Assembly: GCA_963693365.1 (NCBI GenBank)
Contig: CAVNZM010000013.1
Coordinates: 4,755,814-4,819,813, forward strand
Origin: Amoebidium appalachense
Lineage: Eukaryota > Protista > Ichthyosporea
Length of the DNA stretch: 64,000 bases
Reading direction: 5' to 3'
Under the pieces are notes generated by a model. That model had not been told where the DNA came from. It saw only the letters and a list, made by a program, of their open reading frames with translations, and made no database searches. Shown in pieces: positions 55,073-64,000 of the stretch. Numbering within the stretch: the stretch's first letter is position 1; every line of letters starts with the position of its first letter. The position numbers and the translations under genes were made by a program.

Positions 55073-55782
55073 GAGATGTAAAAAAAGAAACATCTAGCCC
55101 CCATACGTGCAGTGCTTACAGATGCCGCAGTGACTAATCCTTCTGCACACACACAGGGCCGGGATCAATTTCAGTCATTAAGTATGCCTTATCCCCCGAA
55201 ATCGGACCCCTATACAGAGATTCCTCACCGGTTCACTGTAAGCTCCCATAGACTCACTGTGCGCCAAAGCTTAAGTTCACTTGTGCAGCAGCTGTTGGGT
55301 GTGTGCATTTTGTTCGTGGTTTCTTGGGTGCTGTCATATGCATCCCGCTGAGCATGTGTATTGTTTCTGCACTAGTAAGAGTATTAATGATTGTGTGCCC
55401 GAGCAGGCTGAGCTTTAAAACACAGCAAATCTTGGGTTGAAAAGGTTTCAAACACATAGAAAGATAACCCTGATGACTAGTAATGCGCACCGTTGGTGTT
55501 TGCTTTATGTTGCATATTACTATTAAAGTTTTGATGACTTTATTCCGGCCAATAATGCTGTATGCACACCTATTAGCTTACTTTCACAAGCTACGGTAAC
55601 CATCACGGTCTCTTGAATACACCCCTTTTGTTTGATTAGGCTAGAGTGTACAGAGCACAAACTATCAGATTTCGTAAAGTTATTATAACAGTATAACAGT
55701 ACATACATTAAGTTACTAGTAGTGAAAAAAGGTACCCAGTCTGAGATATTAAAGACAAATAACTTATAGTCTAGGCGCAATA

Positions 55783-55974
55783 CTTTTTTAATTTTTTATT
55801 TTATCCCGTTTTGTTCCCGGAGGTGCCCCTAGGGGCCCTCAGGGGGGACTACCGTCTTCCACCCAGCACCGACAGTACTCTAGCTAGGGTGCTACGATGC
55901 TATTAGCTAAACTAAACACACCTATAACAATCCTAACTATATGTACACACTTTGCCCAGGGTATCAACCCCAGC
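55783..55974 (-). mobile_element. ~192-bp family C 3'-end copy with 12-bp TSD
   Basis: TSD CTAGGCGCAATA at 55771-55782 and 55975-55986. A-rich tail on the minus strand; homologous to 34183-34364. Confidence 0.88.
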
Positions 55975-55999
55975 CTAGGCGCAATATTAAAACTAGAAG

Positions 56000-57085
56000 T
56001 TAATAGATAATCGACCTCAACTCCTTAAGAATGGCCCCAAACTCCACGTTCCCATCCAACGAGCTGCTCCTTTTCCTCGTGTCGGGCTGCAACAACACAT
56101 CCAGCGCCCTCAAAAACCCACTAAGGTCCCCATCTCCCTCCTCCTTCGGTACATGCATTATGTTGGGACATAAACTGCTCCAGTTATTGTGGTGCGGTTT
56201 TTCAGGCAGATGTGTTGCACTGTGCGCTCTACTGAGGTAAAACCGGTGGTAGTCGGCACTAATAGCGGGGCGGGCAAGGAAACTTCCGGAAATTTCCATT
56301 GGAGCAGCACCGTTTTCCACGTGGTGTGCACGTGGGGTGGACACGGTCGAGTATGGGTAGTCAATGGGAGAGTCGAGCACGATGGGCGAGGTGCAGGACC
56401 CGGACTCCAAAATGTGCTCTGATTTTGTGGCTCGAAGGGGCTGCCGAGGGGGTTCGAAATCCACTCGCTGCGGGGTTAAGGGGGCGCTCGCCCTCTCTAT
56501 TTGGTTGCGTTTAAGGTTTCCGAAATACTTTCTCTTCGACCCTTTTCCCACGCGTGTGTCTATGTCGTGTCGTTGTTTAAGATGCTGCTGCAGAGAGTTG
56601 AGGAGGGCAAATCTCTTCTCGCACCCTTCAACGATGCACGTGTACCTTAACTCGAGGTCGCTCTGCTTGCGCCTGCGACGTTTTTCCTTTGGGCAAATGG
56701 AGAGGGATGTTGGAATTCTCTCGGGGAGGACGTCTGCCCAAGGCGAACGACAACTGTTCGTTTCGTGATGTTCGCCGGATGCATCAGGCAATGGTTGTCT
56801 GCACATGTTGTGATTTTGGGTGCGTGGGGTAATGCTCCTCATTCTGAAAGCATCCGGAGAGGAGTTCATGCTGATGGGTATCTGTTCATGTTTGTCGAGC
56901 ATTACTTTTGCATATGTTGCAATAGGTGAATTATTGGTGCTGTGGGAGTAGTGAGAAGGAGATTCTGGTGTGACAAAGGAGGCAGAGCGATAGAGAGGTA
57001 TCTTGGATCTGGATGCGCTTTTTGTTTCGTGGAGAGCAACAAATGGAGAACGCTCGATTCTCTCGTTCTCTCTCCCTGGCTTCAT
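56000..57085 (-). CDS. Single C2H2 zinc-finger protein, 361 aa, intronless
   Basis: KEKRRRRKQSDLELRYTCIVEGCEKRFALLNSLQQHLKQRH: C-x4-C-x3-F-x5-L-x2-H-x4-H preceded by a basic tract. Long repeat-free ORF. Confidence 0.82.
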   Translation of the reverse strand: MKPGRENERIERSPFVALHETKSASRSKIPLYRSASFVTPESPSHYSHSTNNSPIATYAKVMLDKHEQIPISMNSSPDAFRMRSITPRTQNHNMCRQPLPDASGEHHETNSCRSPWADVLPERIPTSLSICPKEKRRRRKQSDLELRYTCIVEGCEKRFALLNSLQQHLKQRHDIDTRVGKGSKRKYFGNLKRNQIERASAPLTPQRVDFEPPRQPLRATKSEHILESGSCTSPIVLDSPIDYPYSTVSTPRAHHVENGAAPMEISGSFLARPAISADYHRFYLSRAHSATHLPEKPHHNNWSSLCPNIMHVPKEEGDGDLSGFLRALDVLLQPDTRKRSSSLDGNVEFGAILKELRSIIY

Positions 57086-57411
57086 TTTGGCCGCTTGTTT
57101 TGGAGTGTGTTTGTGTGTTTCAGACAGAAGTTGTAACCTGAAAAAAATTGGTTGAGAAACCCGTTCAAGTAGAAGGACTCAAGTGCCGCCTGAAGTGTTA
57201 TACTCGGTCATTATCACTGTGTTTGAGTGTGGTGCACACTGCACCCCCGAGCCTTTTTACCTCTACGCCAGAATGCACAGTCTTCGTAACAAATGACGTA
57301 GACACTGATGAGAAATGCCCCGAACACTACTACGGAAGCTACTACAGGACCCCAAAAAACGGATACGTTTGAAGACTACACGATGCCGAGTGGCCGGCGG
57401 CGCACCAGATG

Positions 57412-57450
57412 CTGATTGGTTGACAGCCATCCGCCAATAGGAAATAGCTT
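57412..57450. promoter_or_regulatory. Possible paired CCAAT boxes upstream of the zinc-finger gene
   Basis: CTGATTGGTT and CGCCAATAG about 330-360 bp upstream of the ATG at 57085. Motif match only. Confidence 0.3.
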
Positions 57451-58335
57451 TGGCATGAAAGCGTCCACACAGCCAACGCCCGACTAAAACATTTGGGATG
57501 TATCATGTGTACAGTCACGTTTTCCTGAACTATTTAAATACACGGCTCAAGGTTTGCGCTCGACATGTTTAAAGGTATATGTGTATACGGACTCCCGGAG
57601 TGAGAATACGTACGTGAAATTATGTACGCTGGGCGTGACATTGTAAGCCTCGGAACAGTTCGGAAAGATGTAGCATGATGCAAATTTCTGATTGGAGATT
57701 ACGACAACTTTTTTTTGCACAGATCTATCTCTTTCAACGCTCGGGAAACCTTGAAAGGCATTATTCACATTTACAATGCAACATTGATCATACAGTAAAG
57801 CAATTGATTATTACATTGTTACTTGCTTTGCACAATGCACTGGCAAATCATAAGCATGTCGGGACTCGGGCGCCACAGAAAGTTCGCGTATCGTCAAGAA
57901 ATCTCTGGCAGTCAGTGGCAGACTCGACGCACGAACTGGAGTCATGAGCGCGTGCGCAGCTCGCGTGCGCCTTGAAAAAGCTGAGCCTCCGGAGGCTCCG
58001 ACTCTGGTCACTGATTCAGTATGTAGCCTAGTTTTAGCTCGTGAGTCGCAACTCACTAACTAGAAGTTTTCTATTTGTTCAGAAAAAAAATCATCGATAG
58101 GGCTAAAATAAACGCAATCTAGATGTGTTGTTTATAGACTTTGCGTGTATTGTACATAGATAAAATATGCATTTCTTACTACACACAAGTCAACACAAGC
58201 ATGCACTCAGCACTGGCCTTTGACGCAGGGTTTACACACTTTTTATTGCGTGGACACTGCCGGAGGCCCAGCCACACTCGACGGCCTACTGCGTTTTCCA
58301 GCGCAGCCAATCAAATGCAGCTAGTGACATACCGT

Positions 58336-58765
58336 ACCGCCTCAACCATATTGCCAAATATGGCACTCGCAAGTGTATAACACCTAAATACATATTACCT
58401 TCCTGTAGAACTGGTCTTTCTCTAGCTGATGGTATTATTGATCAATTACCACGCTTTTACTGTACACGTGCTATACAGTGGAGATCTAATAAGTATAAGG
58501 TGGCATCATTTGCATGCCCAAACAACACACACACACACCAGTTTAACCGGTCATGTATCGCCAAATGTAGTTTGATAGACCACATAATACCGCAACACAC
58601 ACACGTCACATTCACAACAGACACCCAGAAAGATAGCCTACCTGTAAATTACAACATCCTTGATTTTATACTAAACACGCGTAACTACGACCTGTTTATT
58701 AGATGTATTGATTGGCTTGAGAAACACATCACTACAAAATTATAGCGCACGCGCACACACACACA

Positions 58766-58828
<63 letters not shown>

Positions 58829-58860
58829 CCAGCTGATACCGAGTGTCCCGAGGGGAGCCC

Positions 58861-58903
<43 letters not shown>

Positions 58904-59098
58904 GGGGAACCCCAACTAATTGATTTCTCCTTGTAGTCTTTATGGTGTCTCGTAGAGAAAGTAAACCCTGATATATAGTCACCACCCGACATCTATGTAC
59001 GTGATCATGATATACCGCTGAGGGGATATTCCGAGCAAAACCCCCCCCCCCATACCTGAGACTGGTTCTCTTTGCCTCGAGTAAACAGCGTAAACCCC
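58336..59098 (+). mobile_element. 5'-truncated copy of family A retrotransposon (ORF C-terminus + 3' tail)
   Basis: Reverse complement of 22455-23207. Differences seen only in the (CA)n, A-run and C-run tracts; encodes ...RCIDWLEKHITTKL*. Confidence 0.95.
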
Positions 59099-61115
59099 TA
59101 TGATATGTACATGCTAGGCAACATATTATGGGTAAGCAGAGGCTAGCTAGCATCGGTAGCTCCGAAAGAAAGTTAAGGCACCGTATCACAATATCATATT
59201 GTGCAGCATTAATAAGGTGATCTAGGATAGTTATTTTAAAACGGATATATTGAGGAAGAGATGGAGAAAAGAGAATAAAACCGCCAATAACCCCCGGTTC
59301 TATTACGTTAGCTAACAGGTTACACTTATTGATAGATATGCATCCGCGAGTAAACCGCCCCCCACACATATTACACATACAAGCAGGAGACACCAGAAAC
59401 CGATTACACCGCCAAGCCATAATCATCTTTGCGTTTTTACACCACACCACATTACGAATAAACGAATTTATGTAGGAACGAGACTCTCTACCGTATCCGC
59501 CATATAGGCTACTAGTAGTTGGTGTTTTTGCGGTCCTAACATCTAACACAGGAAGGGACTCAACACGTAGAGTAAAAAGATATCTATCAGCCATAGACCT
59601 GAAACTATTCATATTCACACTGTTGTAGCCGTACCTCCGGTGGGGTCGCCAGCCATTCCGCATAAGTTCGCTCGACAATGGGCAGAGACGATGTGGAAGG
59701 GAAGAGGTAGAGGGGCGAGTCCGGCGGGTTATGCGTGTAGCCGGAAGAGCGGGTGGTCCGGGGCACAAGCGGACAGGCGGGTGATGTGCTCGTGAAGATT
59801 AAGGGCTAATTCGTGTACGCGTTGTGATGGTGGTGTGAGTGCGTTGAGAGGATCAAAAAGGCGTCTAGGAATAGGTGTGGAAAGACCAGTGAGAAACGTA
59901 CAACAAGTTGTGTAGTGGAAATTATCTATTGATTGGAGGGCATTATCAACAGTATCAGGGGGTGCCATAGCTAGTAAGGGCAACCCGTATTCAGACAAAG
60001 GGCTAATATATGTGCGAAATATACTAAGACGGTTGTATGGGTGTACAGTATTAGAAAGATTAGCAAGATACACATCCCTAAATAACCGAAGACACCTGCC
60101 TGCACTCTCCACCCGACGGTCGATCATCCGTTTGAAACATATGCCCCATTCGTCCACCGGAATCTGTGACGTAGATATACATCGAGTCACCCCAGACACG
60201 GAAGCCCCCCAGATCAATAAACATCACATCACGATGTAAATGGGGCTGGGACCTGGCGTCCTCAGTCTTTTTCCTTGTCCAAAACATAGTTCTTGTCAAC
60301 GAAAGCTGTGACCATCCGTCCCCCATCCGACTTTCATCCGTGTTCGAATTCATATTCCCATCACATTTCGATGTCGCAAATCCCCAAATATCTTGTATTC
60401 GATTGGGCGAGGGAGGGGACTGCCGAAAAATACAAACGTCGTCCCAGGTTGGGATGGATTTTGATGAAAGGGCACACTTTTTAACGTTAACCTTCATATC
60501 ATTACGCTGGCACCAGTGTTCAACCACACGTATATATTGCCGTAATTCGATAGGATCGGATGACATAAGCACAATATCGTCGGCGAAAAAGAGGGCGGGC
60601 GTGGCCTTGGAAGGCAACCCCCCGTCAATTTGTGCCGCAGAAAGGGCGTCAGCCAAATCGTCAATGTATATACAGGTTGAAAAGAAGTGGGCTTAGCAGG
60701 GACCCCTGTAGTACCCCGCGCGTGCGGGTAAATCCCGGGGACAGCCGCCCATTAACCACCGCCCGTCCGCGCGTAAACGCAAACATAACTTCCAGTAGCC
60801 GGCCCATTTGGGATGCCGGGACACCGCTTGGCCCATAAGCGAGGGAGGTCGATTGTGTCGTACGCATTCTTGAAGTCGATAAAGACGAGGTGCTCGTATC
60901 ACCTTGCGTTGTGTAGTGTGAGAATTTGAGCGTAACATGAGTGACGATTCCGAAACGCCGCCTGAAGTGGGCTCAGCTGGGAAGCCTGCTTAAGGGTGGG
61001 AATGGGATTACGAGAAAAGGCCTGTAGAAGGCCACTTTCGAACAATCGGCGAAAGACGGACGTAAGTGTGATAGGGCGAATTTCGTGAATGGGATCCGGG
61101 TCCCCAGAGATCTTG
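59099..61115 (-). mobile_element. Degraded, 5'-truncated non-LTR retrotransposon family B (RT + C-terminus), related to family A
   Basis: Frameshifted peptides IRPITLTSVFRRLFE, QAAFRNRHSCYAQI, FIDFKNAYD, RGVLQGSLLSPLLFNLYI, LFFADDIVL, VNVKKC, RLSIFRTYISPLSEYGLPLL, CMCNMCGGRFTRGC, ILDHLIN..QYD...RCLNFL, collinear with the family A ORF. Confidence 0.9.
60165..60378. mobile_element. 214-bp solo-LTR-like insertion (TG...CA, 4-bp TSD)
   Basis: Starts TGTGACGTAGATAT and ends ATTTCGATGTCGCA (imperfect inverted termini). Flanked by AATC at 60161-60164 and 60379-60382; interrupts YLG|IPVD of family B. Confidence 0.8.
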
Positions 61116-61611
61116 GTCGAAGATTATCCGCCAATCAACGTTTTGTGTTCATCTGATTGGATTCTTAAATCCTAAATAGGAAGGTGGTGAGCGTTTATCC
61201 AATCGAAACATACAACAGAACAATTAAGTTTCTACCAATCACATGCGCTTCTTCTTCTTACAACTAAAAAGTTAGCAAAACATGCGATTTTTTTTTACCC
61301 TATAGGGTACGGGTACCCTATGTAGTAAAAAAACAGCTACTATAAGCAGCTACCGCAGTCCTCTGAAAGTTCCGGCATGCAGGGTTTGTGTGCGTATCAG
61401 TTAGGTGTGTGTGTAATGTGTGTGGAGTGGGGGGGCCGGGAGGGGGGGGGCGCCGGGATTTGGGGAGGGAGGCACGTACACGTGTGCACAACGCACTTCC
61501 TCAAACGAGCTCGAGTCGTTGGCCAAAAATAGACCCAAAAGCTTTGTTCAATAAAGGGAGGCCCCTGCTGAGAACTTGACGAGCTATCTATTTGTATACG
61601 GAGGGGCCATG

Positions 61612-61807
<196 letters not shown>

Positions 61808-61811
61808 ACAG

Positions 61812-61842
<31 letters not shown>

Positions 61843-62068
61843 CACACACACACACACACACCACTACCATGCACCACCACCACACCACCAAGTTGAGTGC
61901 TGGCACCACCACTAATCGATTATCTCCGTCCCTGCTACGCCCGGTCGACCACACATCATCGTAATTAATATCAAGGCTAATGTACTGTAGCTGCAGCTGT
62001 GCTACTTTTTTGACAAGCACGGTCATTTCAGGTTCAGCAAGCGTGCGCGCGCATACACACACACACAT

Positions 62069-62138
<70 letters not shown>

Positions 62139-62203
62139 AAACACACAAACACACACACACACGCACACACACACACAAACGCACACACACAAACGCACCA
62201 GTG

Positions 62204-62244
<41 letters not shown>

Positions 62245-62642
62245 ACAGTATAGATCTTACAGTTACTGGCACAGGCATTAATAAACATTGGATTAAGCAT
62301 ACACGTTCATATACGGACATGTTGTGTGGCACGTGCATGGACATGTCAGACATGTGCACACACGTATGCAACAGTTTGAAACATGCACATGCTGATTGAC
62401 AGTATCATCACAAAGCACGGAGCCAGGGAGACACAGAAAGTCACGCGGCAGAGGGGCATACCGTAGTAACACCTGCACGTTCACACGCATGCACATACAC
62501 ACACGCACACGGTGCACACAGCAGAAATACATACACACGTCACGGTGACCACATACGTGCCGTACCACATACATACACAAACGGTCATAGCTATAGGTTC
62601 AACCATGTGTGTCACAGTGGCACACACACATACCACACACAG

Positions 62643-62674
<32 letters not shown>

Positions 62675-64000
62675 GCGCGCGCGCGCGCACGTGTCACACA
62701 CAAACACGCACACAAACGCACGTTTGAAACACGCACACAAACGCGTCAAACACACGTGCAGCCACAGCATATCATGGCAAGCATGCCACGGCGATCCTCA
62801 AGCCATGCACACACACAGATTTCGAATTCAGCTCAACGTTTTCCGCCGGGGGGAGGAAGGGGGGGGTGCGGAGGGGGGAAGAGAGAAAGGTGGGGGGGGG
62901 GGGGGGAGGGGGTAGTTGGGGGGGGGGGGGGGGGGGGGGGAGGGGGGGGGAGGGGGGGGGGGGGCTCTGTGACTGTGACGCACGGCTGCCGCATACATTT
63001 CCAACTGTTACAATCATTACTCACTTACAGTCATGCATTACTAGAACTGTAACACACTCCCATCAGAGTTTAAGTTCGTGTACTATGTCAGACGAGATGA
63101 TACTGAAACAAACCGCCAGTAGCTGTTGCAAATGGTCATATGAATCAACGTTACTTGCGCCAATAGCACGGGTTTTATCTCCTCTGAGAACAACCATACA
63201 CGTGCACAAGTACACACAAGCATAACATACACATAGTGGTTCACAAGTTTTTCATTCTTTTTCCCTTTCACCCACCGGACCCCGCCCGTTGTAGCGCTGA
63301 CCCGTCACTGTTTTCCACACATCACCCCCGATTCTTTTACTAGCCATTCTTGCGGAAAGAGAATAAGAAATCCTTTTGGTCCCGGGTCAAAGACGAATTC
63401 AAACATTAATGGCCTTGGTGACTTCAAAAATATTTGTAGACACGTGTCTCATAATGGTGCCATTGGCTCATTGTTTAGTAGCGGTATGTGGTTCGAGAGC
63501 ATATATATGCCCGTGAGGCTTTGAAATAGTGCAAATAGTGCTGAGTAAAATTTTGAATCCAAAGTTGTTCCCTTATTCTGTGTTGATCTTGGTAAAGTCC
63601 GCAGCAAGGTGGCCATAGTGTGTGTGCGCGTGTTCTTGTTTGTGCGTCTGTTTCTGGATATGCTTGTGGTTCTGTGTCCGCGTGTTTGCGTAATTGCATG
63701 TGTTTGCGTGTCCCCGTGCTTGTTTAAGCACATGTCACAAAGTTTTGTGTCCGCGTGTTTGTGTCAGCGCAGTGTTTGTGTGTGCTTGTGTGCACACACA
63801 ACCTTGTGGGTGTGATTCAGAAGGTGCCTCCCCCTGCCCCCTCCCCCCCCCCAAACACACACACAAACTCAAAGGCCAACTACTAGCAGCATTGATTCTC
63901 GCTCCCTTTTTTGCCCCAGACCAAATTTGCTGCATTTGCCTTTTTTTGGGGGTGTGTATGTGTGGGAACAGGGGGAGGGGGGGGAGAGGGGGAGGGTGCG

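Noticed and set aside
57305-57330. CTGATGA hammerhead-core-like word
   Set aside because: No stem II followed by GAAA and no flanking stems.
57983-57998. Perfect 16-bp palindrome GAGCCTCCGGAGGCTC
   Set aside because: Isolated, with no associated termini, TSD or second copy.

Overview
Eukaryotic genomic DNA, intron-rich and full of (CA)n/(GT)n, (GA)n and poly-C/poly-G tracts. The gene content (RalGAP-alpha, syntenin-like, Phactr/Bni4-like) suggests an opisthokont, probably a unicellular holozoan (inference). Most ORFs in the supplied track are microsatellite artefacts. Real content: (1) the last 24 exons of a RalGAP-alpha gene (+, 734-20733) with an intronic tRNA-Asp and a candidate U12-type intron; (2) a 7-exon gene (+, 38271-48048) that appears to fuse a catalytically dead NO66/MINA53-like JmjC domain to an intact prolyl-hydroxylase-type 2OG-Fe(II) oxygenase; (3) four intronless minus-strand genes (Phactr/Bni4-like PP1 regulator, syntenin-like tandem PDZ, SOUL haem-binding protein, single C2H2 zinc-finger protein); (4) three non-LTR retrotransposon families, including one intact APE-RT ORF, plus a solo-LTR-like insert. 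Best leads: an unusual intron architecture (complementary microsatellite arms, CA-repeat acceptors with no polypyrimidine tract, tandemly duplicated splice junctions), the dead-JmjC/2OG-oxygenase fusion, and a structured repeat with hammerhead-like remnants. All exon boundaries and homology calls were made by eye, without database searches.
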